NCBI GenBank assembly: GCA_023660035.1
Contig: JAGXOF010000001.1
Span: 1 to 43,133, forward strand
DNA: 43,133 nt
Direction: 5' to 3'
Source: Dehalococcoidia bacterium LH_S1
Lineage (GTDB): Bacteria; Chloroflexota; Dehalococcoidia; SZUA-161; SpSt-899
A program made the position numbers and the translations under genes. Shown one piece after another: positions 16,552 to 25,116 of this stretch. The first letter of the stretch is position 1, and the number at the start of each line of letters is the position of its first letter. The notes beneath the pieces were generated by a model. It saw nothing but the letters and a program-made list of their open reading frames with translations, ran no database searches and was not told the origin of the DNA.

Positions 16552-18372
16552 TTACTTTCCCCAACACTCTACTCCCCAACGTTCCAGCCCACAACTATTG
16601 CAAGGCCCGTAGCGACAGTCGGGGGTTACTTCTCCTCTCATGGCCTTCTCATATTCATTCTTGAGGAAGTCAGTTTTTACTCCTGAATCAATGTGCTCCC
16701 ACGGAAGCGTTTCATCGAGAGGGCGCTCTCGTACATAGTATGCCGGATCGATGTCACACTCTTCGAAGGCCTTTAACCATCTCTGATAATCAAAAATCTC
16801 GCTCCATGCATCGAAGACACAGCCGAGTTGCCATGCATGGTAAATTACCTTTCCCAAACGCCGATCCCCTCGTGACATTACCGCTTCCAGTAAGCTTGTC
16901 TCCGGGTCATGCCAGGATAAGCCCACCTTTCCCTTCCTGAGCCCTCGCTTGAGAATCCGGTGCTTGGAGTTTAACACTTCCTCTGATTCCTGGGATGCCC
17001 ATTGAAAGGGTGTGTGTGCTTTGGGAATGAAAGTGGAAACGTTCACCCGGATGTTCGGTCTGCCTCCATTGTTTCCCTTGATCTGGCTTGCCCTGTGTAC
17101 CAGATCCACTATTCCCTGCACATCCTCCTCAGTCTCCGTTGGTAATCCAATCATGAAGTACAGCTTGAAGTTGCGCCAGCCCTTATTCATCGCTAGCTCA
17201 ATGGCCTGAAAAAGCTTATCCTCGTCGATGTCCTTGTTGATTACTTTCCGAAGGCGTCTGGTTCCCGCCTCTGGTGCAAATGTCAGATTCCTCTTGCGCT
17301 GATCCTGGATGGAGTTGACGAGTTCCACCGAGAATTTGCCCGGCCGGAGACTAGGCAGGGAGATATTTAGCGGCATTCCCTTGTATCGGTTGGACAAAGA
17401 ATCGACCAGCTCTCCTATGTTGGAGTAGTCGGCAGTGCTTAGAGAAAGAAGAGAGACTTCTTCATAGCCACAGTTTGCCAGGATTTCATCGACTGCACTG
17501 ACCACTTCCTCCGGTGGCCTTTCCCTTACGGGACGATAGATGATTCCTGCCTGGCAGAAGCGGCAGCCCCTTGTGCAGCCTCGCTGGATTTCCACTGCTC
17601 CCCGGTCATGGATAACCTCGATGAAGGGGACTACCAGCCGGGTTGTAGATGGGGGTAGCTTCGGAACGATCCGTCGTTGTATCGTGGTCCTTGTCTCAGG
17701 TGTTTCAGGTAGAATTGAAGCAAATTGGCCGTCCTGCGTGTAGTTTGCGCTGTAGAAGGCGGGAACATAGATGCCGGGGATTTGCCCCAACTCCCTGAGC
17801 AGATCACTCCTGGTCCCTGAGCTTTCCCTTTTCCATCGGCGAAGCGCATCGACAAGTTCCAAAGTCACCTCTTCTCCTTCGCCGAGTACAAACAGGTCAA
17901 CGAAATCCGCCATCGGCTCCGGGTTGAGGGCGCAGCTTCCCCCTGCGATTATCAGCGGGAATGAACCATCCCTTTCAGCGGAGAGCACTGGTATATGGGC
18001 CAGGTCTAGCATATTCAGTACATTAGTGTAGGTGAGTTCATAATCCAGGGAAAAGCCAAGGATGTCGAAATCCTTGAGAGGCCTTTTTGATTCCAGACTG
18101 AACAAAGGGAGATCGGCCTGGCGCATTTGCTCGTCCATGTCGGTCCATGGAGCGTAAACTCTTTCAGCGAGCACGTCGGTCTGGCTATTCAATATATCGT
18201 AGAGAATTGCCAGTCCTAGGTTGGACATGCCGATCTCGTATATGTCAGGATATGCCAGCGCAACACGTATATCGGTGGCGCTCCAATCCTTCCTTACCCT
18301 GTTCCACTCTTTACCAGTGTAGCGTGCGGGTTTGGTGACCTTGGGCAGAATGCGGTCCAAATCTTGCATCAT
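16552..18372 (-). CDS. B12-binding-domain radical SAM protein (TIGR03960-like)
   Basis: It has the N-terminal LPKVTKPARYTGKEWN and the CTRGCRFCQAG cluster, and is about 606 aa from the ATG at 18372 (GGGGA ribosome-binding site). The longest ORF starts at a TTG at 18384. Confidence 0.88.
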   Translation of the reverse strand: MMQDLDRILPKVTKPARYTGKEWNRVRKDWSATDIRVALAYPDIYEIGMSNLGLAILYDILNSQTDVLAERVYAPWTDMDEQMRQADLPLFSLESKRPLKDFDILGFSLDYELTYTNVLNMLDLAHIPVLSAERDGSFPLIIAGGSCALNPEPMADFVDLFVLGEGEEVTLELVDALRRWKRESSGTRSDLLRELGQIPGIYVPAFYSANYTQDGQFASILPETPETRTTIQRRIVPKLPPSTTRLVVPFIEVIHDRGAVEIQRGCTRGCRFCQAGIIYRPVRERPPEEVVSAVDEILANCGYEEVSLLSLSTADYSNIGELVDSLSNRYKGMPLNISLPSLRPGKFSVELVNSIQDQRKRNLTFAPEAGTRRLRKVINKDIDEDKLFQAIELAMNKGWRNFKLYFMIGLPTETEEDVQGIVDLVHRASQIKGNNGGRPNIRVNVSTFIPKAHTPFQWASQESEEVLNSKHRILKRGLRKGKVGLSWHDPETSLLEAVMSRGDRRLGKVIYHAWQLGCVFDAWSEIFDYQRWLKAFEECDIDPAYYVRERPLDETLPWEHIDSGVKTDFLKNEYEKAMRGEVTPDCRYGPCNSCGLERWGVECWGK

Positions 18373-18440
18373 CGCTTTCCCCAAACCTGAATATTATAGC
18401 TTTTGATTCGGGTGAAGTGCAAATCTTAACCGCTGGGAAA

Positions 18441-18470
18441 TTGAAAAGGTGCAGCTTTGAGGGTTATAAT
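18441..18470 (+). promoter_or_regulatory. Candidate promoter for prfA (TTGAAA-18-TATAAT)
   Basis: TTGAAA at 18441-18446 and TATAAT at 18465-18470, about 18 nt upstream of the prfA ATG. Confidence 0.45.
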
Positions 18471-18487
18471 AAACCAGCGAGAACAAA

Positions 18488-19546
18488 ATGGAAAACATAT
18501 TCTCTCGGTTAGAATCGCTCGAAAAAAGATATGATGAGATCAATTCCCTTCTGGGGCGGGAGGACATTGTGTCCAATCGGGGGCAAGTGCAGTATCTCGC
18601 CCAAGAGCAGGCGTCTATAAAAGAAGCCGCTCAGAAGTATCAGGAATACAAGGCCGTGGAGAGAGACTTGGAGGAAGCTAGGTCCATGCAGAACGATGGT
18701 CTTGATGACGAAATGCTGGACATGGTCAAGGAAGAAGTCAGTGAACTTGAGGAACGCAGAGAGAAGCTGCTGTCTGAGCTTAAGCTGGCTTTGAAATCAA
18801 AGGACCCTGCCGATGAGAAGGATGTGTTTGTTGAGATCCGCGCTGGGGCGGGGGGTGAGGAAGCAGCGCTTTTTGCAAGGGATCTCTTCCGCATGTACAG
18901 CCGGTATGCGCAGGACAAGGGATGGCAGGTGGAAATTGCGAACACAAATGAAACGGGAATCGGCGGATTCAAGGAGGTTATTTTTGAGATAAAAGGCAAA
19001 GGAGCCTACAGCAGGCTAAAGTACGAGCGAGGCGTCCACAGGATTCAACGAGTGCCGACAACAGAGTCAGGGGGCAGGATTCATACATCGACTGCTACCG
19101 TGGCTGTGTTGCCTAAGGCCGATGATGTAGATGTGAGTATTGACAATGACGATCTTCGTATCGACACCTTCAGGGCAAGTGGCGCAGGCGGACAGTACGT
19201 AAATATGACGGACAGCGCCGTTCGCATCACCCATCTGTCCACCGGCATGGTAGTGAGCTGCCAGGATGAGCGGTCGCAGTATAAGAACAAGACGAAGGCC
19301 CTGTCTGTTCTCAAGGCTCGCCTGTATGATAGGGAGCGACTGAGGCAGCATCAAGAAGTGAGCAAAGACCGTCGATCCCAGGTTGGTACGGGGGATCGCT
19401 CGGAGAAAATACGAACGTATAACTTTCCGCAATCGCGGGTGACCGACCACCGAGCCGGGGTGACTTCCCACAATCTCAATGAGATATTGGAAGGGGGGCT
19501 GGATGGCCTGATCGACGCCGTGGCTGCGGATCAACCTTTGGAATAA
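18488..19546 (+). CDS. prfA: Peptide chain release factor 1
   Basis: 352 aa with the RF1 tripeptide region RVPTTES and the GGQ motif (SGAGGQYVN). Confidence 0.97.
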   Translation: MENIFSRLESLEKRYDEINSLLGREDIVSNRGQVQYLAQEQASIKEAAQKYQEYKAVERDLEEARSMQNDGLDDEMLDMVKEEVSELEERREKLLSELKLALKSKDPADEKDVFVEIRAGAGGEEAALFARDLFRMYSRYAQDKGWQVEIANTNETGIGGFKEVIFEIKGKGAYSRLKYERGVHRIQRVPTTESGGRIHTSTATVAVLPKADDVDVSIDNDDLRIDTFRASGAGGQYVNMTDSAVRITHLSTGMVVSCQDERSQYKNKTKALSVLKARLYDRERLRQHQEVSKDRRSQVGTGDRSEKIRTYNFPQSRVTDHRAGVTSHNLNEILEGGLDGLIDAVAADQPLE

Positions 19547-20478
19547 TGGAAACAGGAGTTTATCAGTCGTCGGGGAGTGAGGCAAGCGTAGAGGAAGCGT
19601 TTCAAAAAACTGCGGAAGCCCTTCGATCGATCGGTATTGAGGAGCCCCGTCTGGAAGCCGATGTATTATTACGTCACCTGCTTGGCCTCACGCGGGAGCA
19701 ACTTTATCTCAACCTAGCGGATGCAGTTTCCCTGAAACAGCAACGTGATCTGGCTCAACTGGTTCTTCGCCGTATGCAGCGTGAGCCTCTAGCATACATC
19801 ACAGGTCATAGGGAGTTCTTCGGACTTGACTTTCTGGTTACCCCTGATACTCTTATCCCTCGCCCGGAAACCGAACTCATGGTTGAACGGGCACTGGAAC
19901 TGACAAGGAATGGTCGGCATTCCTTGCATTCCGCCGCCGATATCGGCACCGGTTGCGGTGCTATCGCTGTGGCGATGGCGGTAACCATGCCGTCCCTCAC
20001 CGTATATGCCACGGATATTTCCTCTTCTGCACTGGAAGTCGCTGTGAATAACTGCCGTCGTCATGGAGTATCAGGCAGAGTGCATCTCAAGGAAGGCAAT
20101 CTGCTGGAGCCCCTTGATCATCCTGTTGATCTTATAGTGGCGAATTTGCCCTATGTAAGCGATTCCGAGTTCGCTTCGCTCAGCGATGACATTCGCTTGT
20201 TTGAGCCATGGCTCAGCCTTAACGGCGGGCCCGATGGACTTCACCACACGAGGGAACTCATTGCTCAAGCAAAAGATAAGCTGAATCCAGGTGGGGTAAT
20301 CCTTTTGGAAATCAGTCCCTACAGGGAGAAAGCCGTGGTCGATTTTGCCAGGGACTTTTTCCCCGGTGCTAATGTAGAAGCACTTACTGATCTCGCTGGA
20401 CATAAGAGGGCGATTGAGATAGAATCTGCCGTGGATGGGGTCTCGACAAAAAATCAAGGAGGTAAATGGAAATGCTAG
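19546..20478 (+). CDS. prmC: Release-factor glutamine N5-methyltransferase PrmC (HemK)
   Basis: 310 aa. It overlaps the prfA stop by 1 nt (TAATG). It has the SAM motif DIGTGCGAIAV and a catalytic motif reading NLPY instead of NPPY. Confidence 0.92.
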   Translation: METGVYQSSGSEASVEEAFQKTAEALRSIGIEEPRLEADVLLRHLLGLTREQLYLNLADAVSLKQQRDLAQLVLRRMQREPLAYITGHREFFGLDFLVTPDTLIPRPETELMVERALELTRNGRHSLHSAADIGTGCGAIAVAMAVTMPSLTVYATDISSSALEVAVNNCRRHGVSGRVHLKEGNLLEPLDHPVDLIVANLPYVSDSEFASLSDDIRLFEPWLSLNGGPDGLHHTRELIAQAKDKLNPGGVILLEISPYREKAVVDFARDFFPGANVEALTDLAGHKRAIEIESAVDGVSTKNQGGKWKC

Positions 20479-20618
20479 GAGAGGCTGGCGAAATAGCTGG
20501 AATTGGGTTTGGTATGGTGTTCCTGATCCTGATTATACTGGCTCTTGTCATGTGGGGTGCAGGTGCAGCGGTTCAGAGGATTGAAAGGCGCGGTCAATCT
20601 AAAGATCAATCTAAATAA
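20466..20618 (+). CDS. oadG: OadG-like small membrane subunit of a Na+-translocating decarboxylase (50 aa, not in the supplied ORF track)
   Basis: My own translation is MEMLGEAGEIAGIGFGMVFLILIILALVMWGAGAAVQRIERRGQSKDQSK. It has a single TM helix with the G-x-G-x-VF-x-x-L pattern typical of OadG/GcdD-type anchors. It lies immediately upstream of oadB and overlaps the prmC 3' end by 13 nt. Confidence 0.6.
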   Translation: MEMLGEAGEIAGIGFGMVFLILIILALVMWGAGAAVQRIERRGQSKDQSK

Positions 20619-20645
20619 GAGAACATTCAGATAAGGGGGGCTCAA

Positions 20646-22034
20646 TTGGGGAGCTTATTTTTCTCGGGCTTTAGCGAGCTTTATTGGGGTAGTGCAGTTA
20701 TGGTACTCATTGGCATAGCCCTTACGTATCTGGGCATAGCCAAGAAATGGGAGCCCCTTCTGCTGGTTCCTATTGGCTTCAGCGTTATTATAGTTAATCT
20801 GTTCCCGGGGCTTATGAGCGCTAGCCTCGATATAGAGGCTCCTATTACCGGCGAGGTTACACAGGTTATCTCAGTGGAGGAGGGGGAAACCATTGAGGTT
20901 AAGAAAGATACCGTCCTGTTTCGTATAAAACAGTGCACCGATGGCACAATAGAGGAGGTAGTTGCCGGAGCGAATGGAGAGCTTAGTCAGGAAGACATGC
21001 GGTTTGAAGCGGGTGACAGAGTCTATGCGCATGACAAAATGGCAACGCTTGAGGATGTGTCGATACTCGTGAGCGGGGGCTATTCTACTGGTCTCCTTTC
21101 CCGTATTTTCCAGTATGGAATTATGTGGGAGCTCATACCCCCTCTGATCTTCTTGGGACTGGGGGCGTTAACTGACTTCGGGCCATTAATCTCCAATCCC
21201 AAGACGCTTATCCTTGGAGCCGGAGGGCAGTTCGGGGTTTATTTCGTTATGTTCCTGGCCGTACTCGTGGGGGCAGGATGGATTCCCGGGGTAGACTTTG
21301 GCATAAAGGAGGCATGCTCCATTGGCATAATCGGTGGGGCTGATGGCCCCACTACGGTATTCCTTACGAATAAGATGGCACCTCATCTTCTGGGTGCTAC
21401 CGCTGTATCGGCCTATACTTACATGGCAATGGTGCCCATTATTCAGCCTCCGGTAATAAGGGCGCTGTGTAGCAAAAAGGAGCGTGCAATCTACATGAAA
21501 CCGGTTATGCGGGAGGTCTCGACCAAGGAAAAGATACTTTTCCCCTTCATAGGCGCAATCATCATTATACTGCTTGTGCCTGAGTCGGCCCCCCTTATCG
21601 GCTCCTTTATGCTGGGCAATCTCCTTCTTGTCTGCGGTGTCACCGACAGGCTGGCCAAGACTGCGGGCGAGTCGTTCATGGATGTTTTGACCATATTGCT
21701 GGGAATGTCCGTTGGCGGGATAATGACCGCCAATCATTTCCTGAGGTTAGACTCGATCATGATTTTCATTCTGGGGCTTATTGCTTTTGCCAGTGCGACG
21801 GCATTTGGCATACTGATAGCCAAGTTGATGAATAAGGTGTCCAAGGAGCAAATCAACCCGATGATAGGCGCTGCAGGTGTCTCAGCGGTACCGATGGCTG
21901 CCCGGGTGGTTCAGATGGAAGGGCAGAAGGCGAATCCTCGCAACTTCCTGCTAATGCATGCAATGGGGCCCAATATCGCGGGGGTTATCGGCACTGCCAC
22001 GGCGGCTGGGGTATTCCTGTCCTTGGTCGGATAA
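20646..22034 (+). CDS. oadB: Na+-translocating decarboxylase beta subunit (OadB/GcdB/MmdB family) with an inserted soluble domain
   Basis: 462 aa. The TTG start follows an AAGGGGGG ribosome-binding site. Family motifs present: AKKWEPLLLVPIGF, GALTDFGPL, IIGGADGPT, AYTYMAMVPIIQPP, GAAGVSAVPMAARV and LLMHAMGPN. Confidence 0.9.
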   Translation: MGSLFFSGFSELYWGSAVMVLIGIALTYLGIAKKWEPLLLVPIGFSVIIVNLFPGLMSASLDIEAPITGEVTQVISVEEGETIEVKKDTVLFRIKQCTDGTIEEVVAGANGELSQEDMRFEAGDRVYAHDKMATLEDVSILVSGGYSTGLLSRIFQYGIMWELIPPLIFLGLGALTDFGPLISNPKTLILGAGGQFGVYFVMFLAVLVGAGWIPGVDFGIKEACSIGIIGGADGPTTVFLTNKMAPHLLGATAVSAYTYMAMVPIIQPPVIRALCSKKERAIYMKPVMREVSTKEKILFPFIGAIIIILLVPESAPLIGSFMLGNLLLVCGVTDRLAKTAGESFMDVLTILLGMSVGGIMTANHFLRLDSIMIFILGLIAFASATAFGILIAKLMNKVSKEQINPMIGAAGVSAVPMAARVVQMEGQKANPRNFLLMHAMGPNIAGVIGTATAAGVFLSLVG

Positions 22035-22041
22035 TGAATGG

Positions 22042-22078
22042 AAAAGGCCGAATCCGCCTGCGGCGGATTCGGCCTTTT
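22042..22078. terminator. Bidirectional intrinsic terminator between oadB and the EF-G gene
   Basis: AAAA-GGCCGAATCCGCC-TGC-GGCGGATTCGGCC-TTTT: a perfect 13-bp stem flanked by A and T runs. Confidence 0.8.
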
Positions 22079-22107
22079 GAATACCACGAATTTGAAACGC
22101 TGGGGAC

Positions 22108-24150
22108 CTATTCCTTGCTCTTTTTGGCCTCTTCGGCGATTTTCTGCGTCATGTGGGCAGGTGCTTCCTCGTAGTGACTGAACTCCATTTTGTACGTGCC
22201 ACGGCCCTGGGCCATCGATCTCAGGTCCACACTGTAGCGCATCATTCCCGAGTAGGGCACTTGTGCATCGATAATATTAATACCACCCTCAGGATTCATA
22301 CCCGAGATCCTGGCCCTTTTCCCGTTAAGGTCCCCTGCTACATCTCCTGTGAGCGTTTCAGGTACCGTGACCCTGACGTTCATCACGGGCTCTAGGATCA
22401 CCGGCTTTGCTTCGGATACTCCTTTACGGAAGGCATGTGACCCGGCCATTTTGAAGGCTTCATCCGAGGAATCGACGGAGTGATAACTCCCATCGTAGAG
22501 CGTGACTTTCACACCCACGACAGGATAGCCCGCTAACACTCCCTCACTGAGAGCCTCTACCACGCCCTTCTCAACGGCGGGGATAAATCTCTTCGGTATA
22601 ACCCCGCCAACGATGCCATCCACAAATTCGTAGTTTTGCCCTCTGGGTAAAGGATCAAGCTGGATAAGTACATGTCCGTACTGGCCATGTCCTCCGGACT
22701 GCTTTTTGTGTCTGTATTCCGCTTTTGTTGAGGTGGAGATAGTCTCTTTATAAGGCACCTTCGGGGTTGCAAGCTCGGGCTCCACATTGAACTTGCGCTT
22801 AATCTTATCAGCGACCACTTCCATTTGGGCTTCGCCGTAGCCGGAGAGGATCGTCTCGCCGGTGTCGGAATCTTTTCGCATGGAGAGCGACGGGTCCTCT
22901 TCTCTTATTTTACTCAATGCCGTCCCGAGCTTGTCGAAGTCCGCTTTGGTTTTCGGGTGTACGGCGAGACTGAGGCCGGGATCGGGGAAATCTATGGGAG
23001 TGAAGGAAACAGGATGGTTCTCGCTGGACAGCGTATCCCCGGTTACGGTATCCGTCAGCTTGGACACCAATCCTATATCCCCAGCAACGAGGCGAGAGAT
23101 TGATTCCTGGGACTTACCTTGCTTTACAAAAAGCTGGGCGATGCGCTCGGGTTTGCGTTTGGAGATATTCCAGACGCTGGAATCGCTGTTTAGCACGCCG
23201 CTGAAGACGCGAAGGTAATTCATTCTCCCTACATAAGGATCAGTGCTGGTTTTAAAAACAAGCGCGGAAAGGGAGGCGTTCTCGTCCGGTTCAAGGGCCT
23301 CTTGGGTGCCGTCTTTTTGCACCTGTGTACTACCTCTGTCTTTGGGAGAAGGCAGGTATTCACATATGGCACTCATTAGCTGGGGAATGCCCTGGTTATT
23401 TAAAGATGAGCCTACCATTACGGGTATTAGCTTATTTTGCAGGCCTCCTGCACGCAGCGTACTGTAGATCTCGGCCTCGCTTATCTCCTCGCCCTCGAGA
23501 TACTTGGTGGTCAGATCCTCATTTATCTCCGCGATGCCTTCCACCAATTTATCCCTGGATGCCTCTATGTCTCCCGAGATAGAGTCCTCCTTTGCGTCAC
23601 CTTCCGCTTTCCCGGAGATAAGATCGTAGACTCCCTGAAAATTATCCCTCTCCCCGATTGGAAGCTGGAGAGGCAAACAATCCCTGCCGAACTTCTCCTG
23701 AATCTGTTCAAGGGTCTTTTGGAAATCAGCGTTCTCACGATCGATCCTGTTAACGAAGATTATGCGAGGGAGTTGCATCTCATTGGCGTAGTCCCACATA
23801 ATCTCCGTTCCCACTTGAATTCCTGCCGAGGCATCAACGACGATTACAGCGGCATCAGCTACTCTGAGCGCTGCCTTTACTTCACCGATAAAGTCGAAAT
23901 ATCCGGGAACGTCGAGCAAATTGATCTTGGTTTTGTTCCATTCCAAGGGAACCAGAGCTGTGCTGATACTACTCTTCCTCTTTATCTCCTCCGGCTCAGA
24001 GTCAGAGGCGGTGTTTCCATCATCCACCTTGCCTATGCGTTGTATAATTCCCGCATTATACATCATGGCCTCGGCCAGCGAAGTTTTGCCTGCACCCGTG
24101 TGCGAGAGTAAGATTACATTGCGTAGGTCCTCCGTGCGAAATTCCTGCAT
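22108..24150 (-). CDS. Elongation factor G paralog (EF-G2-like translational GTPase)
   Basis: It has the G1 motif HTGAGKTS, DVPGYFDF, NRIDRE, and EF-G domains II-V (e.g. HGQYGHV, SSDEAFKMAG). The start is set at ATG 24150, 5 nt after an AGGAGG site; the longest ORF begins at a GTG at 24192. It is not in an rpsL-rpsG-fusA context. Confidence 0.9.
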   Translation of the reverse strand: MQEFRTEDLRNVILLSHTGAGKTSLAEAMMYNAGIIQRIGKVDDGNTASDSEPEEIKRKSSISTALVPLEWNKTKINLLDVPGYFDFIGEVKAALRVADAAVIVVDASAGIQVGTEIMWDYANEMQLPRIIFVNRIDRENADFQKTLEQIQEKFGRDCLPLQLPIGERDNFQGVYDLISGKAEGDAKEDSISGDIEASRDKLVEGIAEINEDLTTKYLEGEEISEAEIYSTLRAGGLQNKLIPVMVGSSLNNQGIPQLMSAICEYLPSPKDRGSTQVQKDGTQEALEPDENASLSALVFKTSTDPYVGRMNYLRVFSGVLNSDSSVWNISKRKPERIAQLFVKQGKSQESISRLVAGDIGLVSKLTDTVTGDTLSSENHPVSFTPIDFPDPGLSLAVHPKTKADFDKLGTALSKIREEDPSLSMRKDSDTGETILSGYGEAQMEVVADKIKRKFNVEPELATPKVPYKETISTSTKAEYRHKKQSGGHGQYGHVLIQLDPLPRGQNYEFVDGIVGGVIPKRFIPAVEKGVVEALSEGVLAGYPVVGVKVTLYDGSYHSVDSSDEAFKMAGSHAFRKGVSEAKPVILEPVMNVRVTVPETLTGDVAGDLNGKRARISGMNPEGGINIIDAQVPYSGMMRYSVDLRSMAQGRGTYKMEFSHYEEAPAHMTQKIAEEAKKSKE

Positions 24151-24288
24151 CTCTACCTCCTGGGTTGCTTCGTACTCCAGTCTCTCGTGCACTGGTTTCT
24201 GTAAGCTCTAATAGCTGACTGCCTATTATTTTAACTGATAGAGACCGACATGGAAACCCTGCTTCGTTGATGGATGGGCAGCTTGGTG

Positions 24289-24318
24289 TTGGAAAAGAGA
24301 TCCCATTTATCGTAAAAT
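24289..24318 (+). promoter_or_regulatory. Candidate promoter (TTGGAA-18-TAAAAT) for the 24368 gene
   Basis: Hexamers were read directly at 24289-24294 and 24313-24318. Confidence 0.35.
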
Positions 24319-24367
24319 TTAAACTGGGAAAATGATAAATCAATGGTACGATAGAAGGGGGATTGAT

Positions 24368-25027
24368 ATGGGAGAAGAACTTGGCAGAATAACGAAGCCT
24401 GAGGCAGAGAAGTTCCAGGGTAAAAGGAAGATCTATGTTGTTCCCTTACTATTTGCGGGGCAAGAGGCTCCGGCGGAATACCTCAGCAAATTGAGCACGT
24501 ACTGGATGCAGGCCAGTCAGCAGATATCCAGGCTTGAGGCCACGGCAGGCATGGTCAAAAGAATTTACCATGAAGCGATATCTGAGCCTGGTGAAGAAGG
24601 ATTGAAAATCATAGAGCAGCTGAACCCCAGCTCTTATCAGATCGCCAATGAGAAGTGTGATCAGGACGCGGTGCTGGAAGCAGTGGATGACAAGGAACTG
24701 GCCGATGAGCTTATGGACTGGGAGAGATTCATGCTCTCCGGTTTCATAAGTCAGAAAGTATCTAACACGGTTGCCCAGTTCTATAACGAAGCCTCAAAGA
24801 AGAGGTATGAGCATATGGCCAAATGGGTGGACGAGACACTTCAAGAGGGTGAGGCCGGTCTCCTTTTTATTCGAGCAGGGCACACTCTCCAATTCCCTCG
24901 GGACATCGAAGTGTTTAGCGTATCTCCGCCGGCCTTGGATGAGATTCATAGATGGCTGCGCGATCGCGCTGCTGAGCAGCAGGAGGAACAACAATCCGGG
25001 ACGGAATCGTCGGAGGAAGGACTCTGA
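24368..25027 (+). CDS. Hypothetical protein with an acidic C-terminal tail; no family recognised
   Basis: An AAGGGGG ribosome-binding site lies 7 nt upstream of the ATG at 24368. The ORF is 219 aa with coding-like composition. It ends AAEQQEEQQSGTESSEEGL. Confidence 0.7.
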   Translation: MGEELGRITKPEAEKFQGKRKIYVVPLLFAGQEAPAEYLSKLSTYWMQASQQISRLEATAGMVKRIYHEAISEPGEEGLKIIEQLNPSSYQIANEKCDQDAVLEAVDDKELADELMDWERFMLSGFISQKVSNTVAQFYNEASKKRYEHMAKWVDETLQEGEAGLLFIRAGHTLQFPRDIEVFSVSPPALDEIHRWLRDRAAEQQEEQQSGTESSEEGL

Positions 25028-25116
25028 TTGTTGACGGCGGGGTTGATCATGGGCGGATTGCCACAATCCGACACGAAGGGAAAAGTGGGGAATAAATCCC
25101 CACTCTACAGGGATCG

